A DNA stretch of 64,000 bases, taken from Bradymonadia bacterium. Its GTDB lineage: Bacteria; Myxococcota_A; Bradymonadia; UBA7976; UBA1532. How positions within the stretch are numbered: position 1 is the stretch's first letter; the number at the start of each line of letters is the position of its first letter. A program made the translations under genes and the position numbers. The DNA lies in contig JBKAGE010000070.1 in the NCBI GenBank assembly GCA_046290225.1, forward strand, positions 160,001 to 224,000, given 5' to 3'. Positions 48,703 to 58,977 of the stretch are shown here, piece after piece. The notes below the pieces were generated by a model. It was not told the origin of the DNA. It made no database searches and worked only from the letters and a program-made list of their open reading frames with translations.

Positions 48703-49644
48703 ATGGCGTCAGACGATCCGATCGATTTCGAAGCCCACATGAAGCGCATCGGGGTCACCCCGCGCCCAGATCGGCAGCGTCGTGATCGTCAGCCGCACGT
48801 CGAGACCTCCCCCACGCCGGCCTCAGCCAACTCACCGTCACCGCCCACAGCAGTAGACCTCCAGAAAGATCGCGACGCGCTGCGTCGAGACAACACCGCT
48901 CTGCGACATCGGGTGAAGGCCCTGGAGGTTCAGCTCGAGGCCGCCAAGCAGGCAGCAGGTGAAGCGCGCGCGCAGCAGCGCATCGCCGAGGCCAAGCTCA
49001 GTCGGCTCGACGCGCCCAAACCCAATGAGAGTACGCTGCGTGATCTGCTCAGGGCCCGCGGGTGCGCCGACGACGACGAGATGATGTTGGTGGTCGAAGG
49101 GCTGCTGGCGTCTCGGCCCGAGGTGCTGTTGGACCAAAGCCTCTCTCGACCCGAGGCATTGCTCACGGCCCTCGACGCCGAGGTGATCTTCACCGCCCGA
49201 GATCTGCCCCCTGGGCCTCGGCCCGCGGTGGTGATCCCTGTGAGCGCGCAGCAACGCTGTGAGCTGGGGCCCGCTTCAGATCTCACCGCAGCCTATGAGG
49301 GCTTCGTCGATCTGTGTCGACGACACGCGCTGAAGCGGGTGGTGATCATCGGGGGCTCGCCGAGCTACCACGCTCAGCTCAAGGCCCTGGAGCGCGTCAT
49401 GGCGGGGGCACCGCGGGTGAGCCTGATCGACGGCACCCGCCGTCACCCGGAGCGCCGGGCCCGGCCGCACCTCAAGGGGGCTGACCTGGTGGTGATTTGG
49501 GGGCAGACGATGCTCGCCCACGCCGTGAGCGAGCAATATCGGGGGGCAGGTCAGCGGGTGACGGTGGTGCGGCCGGGGCTCACGGGCATGCTCTTCGAGC
49601 TCTCGCTCAGTCTCGAGTCACGCTTCAGCGACCAGCAGCGATGA
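48703..49644 (+). CDS. Coiled-coil protein with C-terminal DUF2325-like domain
   Basis: GAGGTGAGG RBS; coiled coil; VVIIGG...ADLVVIW...LAHAVS motif. Confidence 0.7.
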   Translation: MASDDPIDFEAHMKRIGVTPRPDRQRRDRQPHVETSPTPASANSPSPPTAVDLQKDRDALRRDNTALRHRVKALEVQLEAAKQAAGEARAQQRIAEAKLSRLDAPKPNESTLRDLLRARGCADDDEMMLVVEGLLASRPEVLLDQSLSRPEALLTALDAEVIFTARDLPPGPRPAVVIPVSAQQRCELGPASDLTAAYEGFVDLCRRHALKRVVIIGGSPSYHAQLKALERVMAGAPRVSLIDGTRRHPERRARPHLKGADLVVIWGQTMLAHAVSEQYRGAGQRVTVVRPGLTGMLFELSLSLESRFSDQQR

Positions 49645-52108
49645 TCTCGCCTTCGGCGGCGCCGTCGATGCCGGGCACCTCGGGGAGAGAGGGCAGCGCA
49701 GTGTCTTTGCCCAGGGCGGCCTCAAGGACCTGACTCATGTCTTCGGCGAGGATGAACTCCATCTGATCCCGCACGCTCTCGGGCACATCATCGAGATCAC
49801 GCCCATTGCGCACCGGCAAGATCACCCTGCTGATGCCAGCACGGTGGGCGGCGAGCACCTTCGATTTGATGCCACCCACAGGCAACACCCGACCGCGCAG
49901 TGTGACCTCACCGGTCATGGCCGTGTCGGCCCGCACGGTGCGATCAGTGAGCAGAGAGGTCAGCGCCGTGAAGATGGTCACCCCAGCAGAGGGCCCGTCT
50001 TTGGGCACAGCCCCTGCGGGCACGTGCACGTGTAGATCAAAGTCGTCGAGGGCCCCCGCGGGAATGCCCAGGGCGTCAGCGTGGCTGCGCACATAAGTCA
50101 ACGCCGCCCGGGCAGACTCCTTCATGACGTCACCGAGCTGCCCGGTGATCTGCATGCCCCCCTTCCCGGGCATCTTGCTGGTCTCGATGAACAAGATGTC
50201 ACCGCCCACCGGCGTCCAGGCGAGCCCCGTAGCCACACCGGGGATGGCCGTACGCTCGGCCACCTCGGCGGTGAACTTGGGCTTGCCCAGATGCGCGGCG
50301 AGATCGTCCGCACCCAGCGTGATGACGGGCCGCGGCGTCTCGGGGCCCACCTCGGAGCGCGCCACGGTGAGGGCCGCCGCCCGGCAGATCCGAATCAGCT
50401 CTCGCTCGAGCTGACGCACGCCTGCTTCTCGGGTGTAGCCGTCCACGATGGCCGCCAGCGCCTCGTCGGTGATCTCCAGTGCCGGGCCCAGATCAGCCTC
50501 AGGGCCCACACCGTGCGCATCGAGCTGCCGGGGCAGCAGGTGCTTGCGGGCGATCTGTACCTTCTCCTGTTGGGTGTAGCCGGAGATCTCCACGATCTCG
50601 AGGCGGTCTCGCAGAGGCGCGGAGAGTCGACCGAGATCGTTGGCGGTGCAGATGAAGAGCACCTCGCCGAGATCGAAGGGCTGCTCAAGGTAGTGATCGG
50701 TGAACACGCCGTTCTGCTCCGGGTCGAGGACCTCGAGCAGCGCCGACTCAGGTGATCCGCCGCCGAAGCTCACGCCCATCTTGTCGATCTCGTCGAGCAG
50801 CACGATGGGGTTCCGGGCCTCAGCCTTGCGCAGGCCATTGAGAATACGGCCGGGCAACGCACCGACATAGGTGCGCCGATGGCCCCGGATCTCGGCCTCG
50901 TCTCGGACGCCACCGAGGGCGATGCGCACAAAGGGACGCCCTGTGGCCTCTGCCACCGAGCGGGCGAGGCTGGTCTTGCCCACCCCAGGAGGCCCCGCCA
51001 GACACAGAATCGTGCCCCGAGGGTTCCCGGAGAGCTTGAGCACGGCCATGTGCTCCAGGATGCGCTTCTTCACATCGTCGAGGCCGGTGTGATCGGCGTC
51101 GAGACGCTGACCTACACCGTTGAGATCACCATTGAGCTCCGCCCGGGCGTTCCAGGGGAGATCAGCGACGAGCTCAAGCCACGTGCGGATCACGTTGGCC
51201 TCGGCCCCCTGAGTCGAGTCGAGGCGCTTGAGCTCCCGCTCCACGGCCTTCATGACCTCTGCAGGGGGATCAGCCTCTTCGATGCGCGCCCGCAGCCGGT
51301 CGACCTCCGAGCCGTCTTCGTCGCCGCCCTCGCCGAGCTCCTTCTTGATGGCCTTGAGCTGCTGACGGAGGATCGCCTCGCGCTGCTGCCGGTTGAAGGC
51401 TGTGCGCACGCTCTTCTCGATTCGGCTCTTCACATCGCTCGACGCCAGGATCTCTCCAGCGAGGCGAGAGACCCTGTCGAGTCGATCGTTCACGTCGAGG
51501 GTGAGCAGCAACGCCACGGCCTGAGACTGGGTCAGGTCGAGCGCTGCGGCGACGGCGTCGGAGAAGGTGTCCGGGTCGAGCTCCCCCTGGTTGTTCTCGA
51601 TGACCTGGCTCATGGCGTGATCTTCGTCGAATCGCAGAGCCTCGAGCTCACTCCGCAACGCCTCGGCCTTGAGCCTGACCTCGCTGGATCCCGCCGAGGG
51701 GCTCTCGAGGGGCTCGCCGAATGCACGCCAGTAGGGCTCCACCCTCTCGAGCTGGTTGAGGGCGAAGCGCTTGATGCCCACGAGGGTGACCTGAAAGACC
51801 CCCTCGCTCACCTGCAGAATTTTGAGCACGTGAGCGTAGGTGCCCACAGGGTGCAAATCAGCGAGGCCCGGGGCGTTGATGTGCGGGTCGCGCTGAACGG
51901 CCACCCCGATGATGCTCGGGGTGGCCTCGTCCGGATCTCGACGGCGCTGTTCGAGCAACGCCCGGACCAACGCAGCAGATCGTTTTCGGCCGGCAGTGAC
52001 CGTGATCACACGACCGGGAAGCAGGGCGCCGCTGCGCAGGGGCAGAACGGGGAAGGCGGTGTCGCCGTGGGGCAGATGTGCTTTGATTTCCATCGAGTGC
52101 GTCTCCAT
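49625..52108 (-). CDS. lon: ATP-dependent Lon protease (endopeptidase La)
   Basis: LON N-domain (FPVLPLR), GPPGVGKT, RGHRRTYVGALPG, PKDGPSAG catalytic Ser, GGIKSK Lys. The start is at 52108 or 52093, not the 53599 of the ORF track. Confidence 0.96.
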   Translation of the reverse strand: METHSMEIKAHLPHGDTAFPVLPLRSGALLPGRVITVTAGRKRSAALVRALLEQRRRDPDEATPSIIGVAVQRDPHINAPGLADLHPVGTYAHVLKILQVSEGVFQVTLVGIKRFALNQLERVEPYWRAFGEPLESPSAGSSEVRLKAEALRSELEALRFDEDHAMSQVIENNQGELDPDTFSDAVAAALDLTQSQAVALLLTLDVNDRLDRVSRLAGEILASSDVKSRIEKSVRTAFNRQQREAILRQQLKAIKKELGEGGDEDGSEVDRLRARIEEADPPAEVMKAVERELKRLDSTQGAEANVIRTWLELVADLPWNARAELNGDLNGVGQRLDADHTGLDDVKKRILEHMAVLKLSGNPRGTILCLAGPPGVGKTSLARSVAEATGRPFVRIALGGVRDEAEIRGHRRTYVGALPGRILNGLRKAEARNPIVLLDEIDKMGVSFGGGSPESALLEVLDPEQNGVFTDHYLEQPFDLGEVLFICTANDLGRLSAPLRDRLEIVEISGYTQQEKVQIARKHLLPRQLDAHGVGPEADLGPALEITDEALAAIVDGYTREAGVRQLERELIRICRAAALTVARSEVGPETPRPVITLGADDLAAHLGKPKFTAEVAERTAIPGVATGLAWTPVGGDILFIETSKMPGKGGMQITGQLGDVMKESARAALTYVRSHADALGIPAGALDDFDLHVHVPAGAVPKDGPSAGVTIFTALTSLLTDRTVRADTAMTGEVTLRGRVLPVGGIKSKVLAAHRAGISRVILPVRNGRDLDDVPESVRDQMEFILAEDMSQVLEAALGKDTALPSLPEVPGIDGAAEGEIIAAGR

Positions 52109-52381
52109 GTGTGGTGTCTGTGAAGCGAGTAAGTGAAAGCTAAAATCCAAATGAGGGCCGTCAAGAGAGCGGCATCTCTCTTTTTTAAAACCCCCTAAGG
52201 GGGTTGCTTGTTTCAGTTTTTCTTCAGAGCCTGCCCTTCGGGCGGGGCTCCGCTCCTTCGGCTTCGCCTCCGTCGACTCCGCCCCGTTCGGCCACAGGCC
52301 GAACAGGCTCGCGCCCTGAGGGCGCTTTCTGGCATTACTCCCCCGACGTTGCCTGCCGATACAGAGGGCCTGGAGCCACTC

Positions 52382-54595
52382 ATGAAGTTCTGTGTGATGA
52401 CTCGATCTCTGCGCCTGCCCGCGCTCAGCTTGCTGGTCTGTAGCTGGCCTCTCATGGCCCTCAGCCAGGATCGCCCGCCCATTCCGCCAGAGGGTCCGCG
52501 CAAGCAGGGCCTGGCCATCCCACTCGGCGACGCCGAGATCACCCTCGACGGGCGGCTCGACGAGGCCATCTGGCAAAAAGCCGCCCCACTGCGGGACTTC
52601 GAAGAGCGGGTCCCCGTCGCTCGACGGGCCCCACCAGCAGACACCGAGATTCGGGTGCTCTACGGCGACGATGCGCTCTACGTCGGCGCTCGGATGTACC
52701 TCATGGCGGGCGATACCCCACGGGCCTACGAGCTGCGGCGAGACGCCGGGCGCATCTTCAGCGACGACGCCATCTCCCTGAAGTTCGACGTGCGGCAGGA
52801 CTTTCGCACCGTGCTCGGCTTCGCCGTGAACCCCGGCGGGGCCCAGCTCGACTACATCGCCCTCGACAACGGGCAGTCGTTCCGCACCGAGTACGACATG
52901 GTCTGGGACTCGGCCACCGCCCGAGAGAAGGATGCCTGGACCGCGGAGTTCCGCATCCCGTACGTGGCCCTGGGCGGCGTGCCTGAGAGCGCCCGAGTCA
53001 TCGGCTTCAACGCCACCCGAGATCACAACGCCCGCAACGCCACCGACGACTGGGCCCACATGCCCCCGGAGTTCGGTGCGGTCTCCGCTCTGCACTTCGG
53101 CGAGCTCAAGGGTGTGCCTGGCAGCGGCGCCGGGCAGCCTCTCGCTGTGACGCCGTATGTGCTCGTCACTGATCCCGGTGTGGAAGATCACCCCTTGCCA
53201 GGGCGTTTCCGTGTGGGGGGTGATGCCCGCTTGAGCTTGTCGGACCAGACGTGGCTCGAGCTCACCGCCCTCACCGACTTCGCCCAGGTCGACCTCGACG
53301 ACACCCTCATCAACCTCGACCGGTTCCCGCTGTTCTTCCCCGAGCGTCGGCCCTTCTTCATCAACGGCCTCGACGTCTTCGACTTTGGTCTGAGGGGCAC
53401 CGCGCAGCTGTTCTTCTCCCGACGCATCGGCCTCGACGCCAATGGTGACGAGGTGCCGCTCTACGGCGGCCTCAAACTCTTCGGGCGAGAGGGCAAGGTG
53501 CGTTACGGGCTGCTCAACGCGGTCACCGCGGAGACCGAAGAGGTGGGCGCCGCGAACTGGTCCGTGGGCCGAGCCCGAGTAGAGGTGGGCGACGGCCACA
53601 TTGGGGTGTTGGCGGTCTCACGGCAGTTCCTCGGCGAGGGCCCCGACGCCTCAGGACAACCGGCGCCACACGTGGGCGCCGGGCTCGACTTCAGGCAGCG
53701 AGCCTTCGACACCCGCCTCGAGGTGGAAGGCTTCGGCGCAGTCACCGCCACCACCGACAACGAGGGCCCCGCACCCGGCGCCGTGGCCCGAGGGGGGGTG
53801 CGCTGGCGCGGTCGCAACTTCAGGCCCCGGCTGAGCACCCTGCTCATCACCGACACCTTCGACCCGGAGGTGGGCTTCGTGTTCCGTCGAGGGGTGGTGC
53901 AGAACGAGGCTCGGATGGCCTGGGTGCACTGGACCGAGGCCCTCGGTCTGCAGCGCTTCACCGTGAGCACCTCGGGGCAGACCCAGCACACCGACGAGCT
54001 CGATCAGGTGCTGCTCAAGAGCGCCAACCTCTGGTTCGACGCCATCTGGCAGAGCAACTGGGGCGTAGAAGCCGCTGCGGACTACGTGGAAGACGTGGTG
54101 CTCACTGACTTCGAGCTCGCCGGTCGCACCGTGCGGGCGGGGACCTACTCAGGCCCTCAGGCCTACTTCGGCTTCTACTCACCCTCCACCCGCAACCCCG
54201 GCATCAACGCCAGCTACCGCCACGTAGATGGCTTCTTCGGCGGTACCCGGGACACCTTCAGCGGCGGCGCTCGGCTCTACCTGAGCAACCTCGTAGGCCT
54301 CAACGCCAGCATCAACTACTCGCGGATCGACTTGCCAGACCATGATCCGTTCACCACCTTGGGCCTCAACAGCCAGCTCACCCTCACCCCCTCGCCTACC
54401 CTGTCGTTGGACACGGTGGGCCAAGTGAACACGGTGAGCGAAGAGCTCATCGCTCAGGTGCGGCTGAGGTGGCGCTACCTCGCCGGGAGCGACCTCTTCC
54501 TCGTGTACCGCGAGCGCTATGACTACGAGGAGGACGTCTCCGAAGATCGGCGCGTCACGCTCAAGGCCACATGGCGAACGGACATGCTTTTGTGA
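52382..54595 (+). CDS. CBM9-like domain plus DUF5916-type outer-membrane protein
   Basis: Signal peptide; ITLDGRLDEAIW, WTAEFRIP, DFAQVDLD, FPERRPFF and FFSRRIG motifs. Confidence 0.85.
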   Translation: MKFCVMTRSLRLPALSLLVCSWPLMALSQDRPPIPPEGPRKQGLAIPLGDAEITLDGRLDEAIWQKAAPLRDFEERVPVARRAPPADTEIRVLYGDDALYVGARMYLMAGDTPRAYELRRDAGRIFSDDAISLKFDVRQDFRTVLGFAVNPGGAQLDYIALDNGQSFRTEYDMVWDSATAREKDAWTAEFRIPYVALGGVPESARVIGFNATRDHNARNATDDWAHMPPEFGAVSALHFGELKGVPGSGAGQPLAVTPYVLVTDPGVEDHPLPGRFRVGGDARLSLSDQTWLELTALTDFAQVDLDDTLINLDRFPLFFPERRPFFINGLDVFDFGLRGTAQLFFSRRIGLDANGDEVPLYGGLKLFGREGKVRYGLLNAVTAETEEVGAANWSVGRARVEVGDGHIGVLAVSRQFLGEGPDASGQPAPHVGAGLDFRQRAFDTRLEVEGFGAVTATTDNEGPAPGAVARGGVRWRGRNFRPRLSTLLITDTFDPEVGFVFRRGVVQNEARMAWVHWTEALGLQRFTVSTSGQTQHTDELDQVLLKSANLWFDAIWQSNWGVEAAADYVEDVVLTDFELAGRTVRAGTYSGPQAYFGFYSPSTRNPGINASYRHVDGFFGGTRDTFSGGARLYLSNLVGLNASINYSRIDLPDHDPFTTLGLNSQLTLTPSPTLSLDTVGQVNTVSEELIAQVRLRWRYLAGSDLFLVYRERYDYEEDVSEDRRVTLKATWRTDMLL

Positions 54596-56385
54596 ACGCC
54601 TCCCCTGCAACGCCCTCTACTTCGGGGCTCGCCTCCGAGCCTGTGGTGGAGCCCAGCACCTGGGCCTCGCTCAAGCGCATCATGCGCCTCGCCCGGCCAG
54701 AGCTGAGGCTGTTGGCGCTGGCCACCGTAGCTTTGCTCTTCAGCGCCGGGCTCAACCTCGCATATCCCCGCATCGTGGGCCTCATCATAGACTCGGTGAA
54801 GCAGAGCGCCGGTACGGCTCTCGACAGCTACGCTCTGATTTTGCTGGTGCTCTTTGCCGTGGGCTCGGTCTTCACCGCCCTGCGCTCGTACTGGTTCACC
54901 GTCGCCGGTGAGCGCGTGGTGATGCGCCTGCGTCGCCACCTGTACGAGAGCCTCATCGGCCAGGACATCGGTTTCTTCGATCACCACCGCACCGGCGAGT
55001 TGACCAATCGCCTCGCTGCAGACACCACGGTGGTGCAGAACGCCGCCACAGTGAACTTGTCGATGCTACTGCGCTTCAGCCTCACCGCCGTCGGCTCGGT
55101 GGGCATCATGCTCACCATCTCGTGGCGCCTGACCCTGGTGATGTTGGCGCTCGTACCTGTGGCCGTGGGCGGCGCCCTGGTTTACGGCCGCATCGTGAAG
55201 CGCCTCTCGCGTCAAGTACAAGACGCCCAGGCGCGGTCGACGGAGGTCGCCGAGGAGACCCTCGCAGGCATCCGCACGGTGCGGGCCTTCGCCCGAGAGC
55301 CCGTAGAGGCGGATCGCTACGGCGCCCGGGTGAACGACGCCTTCGAGCTGGCCCGGGAGCGGGCCCGGGTGGCGGCGTGGTTCGGTGGCATCGCCGGCTT
55401 CGCGGGCTACGGCGCCGTGGGCGGGGTGCTCTGGTACGGGGGCATCTTGCTCGCGGACCCCACCAGCGGCCTCACGGTAGGCGATCTCACAAGCTTCATG
55501 ATCTACACCTTCGCCGTAGCGGTGGCCATCGGCACCCTGGGCACGGTCTGGCAAGATTTCATGCGGGCCATCGGCGCCAGCGAGCGGGTCTTCGAACTCA
55601 TCGACGCAGCGCCCCCAGCTCAAACAGACGGTCAAACGCTGGCGCAAGTCGACGGCCGTGTAGCCCTGTCGAGCGTGGACTTCGCCTACCCCACTCGCCC
55701 GGATCGCCAGGTCCTCCACAATGTCAGCCTGAATCTCGATCCTGGTGAAGTGGTGGCTCTCGTAGGCCCTTCCGGTGGCGGTAAGAGCACGGTGGCCACG
55801 CTGCTGGCCCGCTTCTACGAGCCCACCGCCGGCGCCCTCACCCTCGACGGCCACGATCTGCGCGCCCTCGACCCGCACTGGCTGCGCCAACAGATCGGCG
55901 GCGTGGCCCAGGAGCCGATGCTCTTCGCCGCGAGCATCGCTGACAACATCCGCTACGGCGCCCTCACGGCCACGGACGACGAGGTCCGCGCCGCGGCGCA
56001 GGCGGCAAACGCCGAGAGCTTCATCGACGACTTCCCCGAAGGCTTCGACACTCAGGTGGGCGAGCGCGGGGTGCAGCTCTCAGGAGGCCAGAAGCAACGG
56101 GTGGCCATCGCCCGGGCCCTGCTGAAGGATCCGAAGGTGCTGGTCCTCGACGAGGCGACGAGCGCCCTCGACGCCGAGTCTGAGCACTTGGTGCAAAAGG
56201 CCCTCGAGGTGCTGATGCAAGGACGCACGACGCTGGTGATCGCCCACCGACTCTCGACGGTCCGCTCAGCGGATCGGGTGGTGGTGATCGATGGGGGTCG
56301 TGTGGTGCAGCAAGGCAGCCATGAGGCGCTGATGGATGAAGGTGGGCTCTATCGGCAGCTGGTGGAGCGGAGCATGGTGGAATAG
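54592..56385 (+). CDS. ABC exporter, fused permease/ATPase (MsbA/ABCB-like half transporter)
   Basis: TM domain, GPSGGGKST, LSGGQKQR, LDEATSALD, IAHRLST. The GTG start overlaps the upstream stop; an alternative ATG lies at 54571. Confidence 0.94.
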   Translation: MNASPATPSTSGLASEPVVEPSTWASLKRIMRLARPELRLLALATVALLFSAGLNLAYPRIVGLIIDSVKQSAGTALDSYALILLVLFAVGSVFTALRSYWFTVAGERVVMRLRRHLYESLIGQDIGFFDHHRTGELTNRLAADTTVVQNAATVNLSMLLRFSLTAVGSVGIMLTISWRLTLVMLALVPVAVGGALVYGRIVKRLSRQVQDAQARSTEVAEETLAGIRTVRAFAREPVEADRYGARVNDAFELARERARVAAWFGGIAGFAGYGAVGGVLWYGGILLADPTSGLTVGDLTSFMIYTFAVAVAIGTLGTVWQDFMRAIGASERVFELIDAAPPAQTDGQTLAQVDGRVALSSVDFAYPTRPDRQVLHNVSLNLDPGEVVALVGPSGGGKSTVATLLARFYEPTAGALTLDGHDLRALDPHWLRQQIGGVAQEPMLFAASIADNIRYGALTATDDEVRAAAQAANAESFIDDFPEGFDTQVGERGVQLSGGQKQRVAIARALLKDPKVLVLDEATSALDAESEHLVQKALEVLMQGRTTLVIAHRLSTVRSADRVVVIDGGRVVQQGSHEALMDEGGLYRQLVERSMVE

Positions 56386-56407
56386 TCGGTGTTGTTGCTC
56401 GATTGAT

Positions 56408-56746
56408 ACTCGCTCCGCGGGTAAGAGAGTTTTTCGGGCACGGGCACGGGCACGGGCACGGGCACGAGTTGATACATACTCTGACTCGTGGTCCTTCCTG
56501 GATTCAGGACACTGGCTGAAATTGAAGCTGAGATGATGTGTTGCAGAACGACCTGAGAGTTCAGGTCTTGGGGTGTATGGAGGTCAAAACCTCCAATGAG
56601 AGACACATGGGGCTGAGTAGAGCCTCCACCATCACAACGCTATGAGCAGAGTCATGCAGGGCCACGGGTCAAAGGTCGAATCAACTCGTGCCCGTGCCCG
56701 TGCCCGTGCCCGTGCCCGAAAAACTCTCTTTGCGAGCGGAGCGAGT
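56408..56746. repeat. Long inverted-repeat element (MITE/REP-like) with (CGGGCA)5 in each arm
   Basis: Perfect 51-bp IR at 56423-56473 / 56680-56730, extending imperfectly to about 95 bp per arm. Confidence 0.85.
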
Positions 56747-57700
56747 CTACGGCACCTGCCCCCAACCACCATCACACTCCCCCCCGGGCAACTCATCATC
56801 AGTGACTTGCGCCGCCCACAGCGTCTCCACCTGACTCTCCGGCCCTGAATACGGATCCCACACCTGGCCATCCGGATCGTCCACCTCGAAGTGCAGGTGC
56901 GGGCTTGAGGAGTAGCCGCTTGACCCGATCAGGCCCAGCGGCGCCCCACAGGGCACCTCGTCCCCCTCCTCTACCAGGATCGAGTCCTTCTTCAGATGGA
57001 AGTACCAGCTCGTCCAGCCGTTGGCGTGGCGCAGGCCCACGAAGTTGGGGCGGATCGGATTGCCGTCGCAGCTCACGTCGAAGTTCACCAGATCAGCGTG
57101 ACAGCGGTCGTAGTTGCCATCGACCACACGGATCACCTCACCGCCCGCAGCGGCGACCACCGTGGCCGAGCCATCGTCCATCTGCCGAAAACCGCCGGCG
57201 AGGATGAAGTCGGTGCCGTCGTGACCTGCGTAGCACCCAGGGAACGCGCGGCCCTCATGATTGATGCACTCAGTGCGGATGTTCGACTCCATGGGCAGGT
57301 GGTCCACCCCGATGACGAACTGCGCCCGGATCAGCTCACGCTGCTCCACGGGCATGGCGAAGCGCGGCAGCTCGTCGGGCCCGGGCAGAGGCACAGGCTC
57401 TACCGGCTCACCCCCCATGGGCGCACCACCTGATCCACCTTCGACCATGCCGCCCATGGGCGCTCCACCCACTGGCATACCGCCGACGGGGGCCCCACCG
57501 CTGCCCCCCATGGGCAGGCCGCCTGTGGGTGTCCCACCAGCACCTCCCTCGGGCTCGGCGCCACCAGCGCCTTCACCCCCAGAGCCAGCGACCGCCACCG
57601 GCATCGAAGATGTGCTCGTGCCGTCGTCACACCCCAGCACCAGCCCGCCGATCAGGCAGGCGCTATAGAAGCAGTTGAGCCTCAGGATTGTGTGGGTCAT
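56747..57700 (-). CDS. M23-family metallopeptidase lipoprotein
   Basis: GAGGAGG RBS; VLGC lipobox; Gly/Met tether; HDGTD, YFHL and SPHLHFEV motifs. Confidence 0.9.
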   Translation of the reverse strand: MTHTILRLNCFYSACLIGGLVLGCDDGTSTSSMPVAVAGSGGEGAGGAEPEGGAGGTPTGGLPMGGSGGAPVGGMPVGGAPMGGMVEGGSGGAPMGGEPVEPVPLPGPDELPRFAMPVEQRELIRAQFVIGVDHLPMESNIRTECINHEGRAFPGCYAGHDGTDFILAGGFRQMDDGSATVVAAAGGEVIRVVDGNYDRCHADLVNFDVSCDGNPIRPNFVGLRHANGWTSWYFHLKKDSILVEEGDEVPCGAPLGLIGSSGYSSSPHLHFEVDDPDGQVWDPYSGPESQVETLWAAQVTDDELPGGECDGGWGQVP

Positions 57701-57859
57701 GTGCTTCTCCTCCTCAAAGTCGTTCCCAGGGTAGAGCAATGACTACGGTTGATGCATACCCCTTCAGCGTTCCGCGCCATCGCTCTGGCCTGCGGCCATC
57801 GCCTGTGCCAACGTGATCATCCATCACCACAGCCCCCATCACGACATTGGAGCCCGCCC

Positions 57860-58969
57860 ATGAGTCACCGGCACATCGGCATCCTCACCAGCGGGGGCGA
57901 CGCCCCAGGCATGAACGCCGCGATCCGCACCGCCACCCTCGTGGCCCTGTCGCAGGGGTGCACCGTCTCCGGCATCGAGCGGGGTTATCGCGGCCTCATC
58001 GACGGCCAGTTCCGGGCGCTGCAGCCCGGTGATGTCGCTGGCATCATCCGCGATGGCGGCACGATCCTCGGCTCTGCCCGGGCCCCGGAGTTCGCCCAGC
58101 CCGAGGTGAGGGTGGCGGCGCGGCGGCAGCTGCACGAGGCAGGCATCACTGGCCTCGTCATCATCGGTGGCAACGGCTCTCTCACCGGCGCCCTCGCCCT
58201 GGCCAACGCCGACGAGGCCCAGCCCGGCGCGCCGGCGCCCACCATCACCGGCATCCCCGCCTCCATCGACAACGACATGGGGTGCACGCAGCTCTCCATC
58301 GGCGTCGACACCGCCATGAACACCATCGTCGAGGCCTGCGACAAGCTCGCCGACACCGCCTCGGCACATCATCGGGCCTTCATCGTCGAGGTCATGGGCC
58401 GCGCCTGTGGCTACCTCGCCATGACCTCTGCCGTGGCCACTGGCGCCAACGCAGTGTTCTTCCGGGAGTTCGAGCAGAGCGAAGATGAGGTGGTGGATAC
58501 GCTTGAGAAGGCCGTGGTCCGGGCGAGCCAGCGCACCGACCGCCCCAAGCGGGCCCTGGCCATCAAAGCCGAGGGGGTGAGCGTGCCGACCGACCGGCTG
58601 AAGGCCCGCCTCGACGAGCGCCTCAAGGCCCGCGACGACGAGTCATCGGCCATGGAAACCCGCTACAGCATCCTCGGCCACGTGGTCCGCGGTGGACGAC
58701 CTTCAGCCTTCGACCGCCTGCTCGCCAGCCGCATGGGCCACGTGGCTGCCCGCAGCCTCATCGATGGTGGCAACTGCGTGATGACCGGGTGGATGTCCGA
58801 AGGGATCCCCCCAGAGGCAGGTGGGCGCTCCCCATACGATCCGCACGTGTGGCAGATCGATCTGGCCACTGCGCTCAAGGAGACCGAGCGACTGCTCAGT
58901 GGCGAAAGCGATCACGTGAAATGGCGCGTGAAGATCTTCCGTGAGTTGGAGGATGTGCTGGCGTTATAA
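57860..58969 (+). CDS. pfkA: 6-phosphofructokinase (PfkA family)
   Basis: LTSGGDAPGMNAAIR, GGTILGSAR, GGNGS, PASIDND, EVMGR and LGHVVRGG motifs. Confidence 0.92.
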   Translation: MSHRHIGILTSGGDAPGMNAAIRTATLVALSQGCTVSGIERGYRGLIDGQFRALQPGDVAGIIRDGGTILGSARAPEFAQPEVRVAARRQLHEAGITGLVIIGGNGSLTGALALANADEAQPGAPAPTITGIPASIDNDMGCTQLSIGVDTAMNTIVEACDKLADTASAHHRAFIVEVMGRACGYLAMTSAVATGANAVFFREFEQSEDEVVDTLEKAVVRASQRTDRPKRALAIKAEGVSVPTDRLKARLDERLKARDDESSAMETRYSILGHVVRGGRPSAFDRLLASRMGHVAARSLIDGGNCVMTGWMSEGIPPEAGGRSPYDPHVWQIDLATALKETERLLSGESDHVKWRVKIFRELEDVLAL

Positions 58970-58977
58970 CGGCACAC

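Noticed and set aside
52109..53599. N-terminal ~490-aa extension of the 1324-aa Lon ORF
   Set aside because: It is the antisense shadow of the DUF5916 gene plus intergenic DNA; Lon homology begins only at about 52108.
56336..56871. Short ORFs with RARARA/VPVPVP repeats
   Set aside because: They are translations of the hexamer repeats in the inverted-repeat element.
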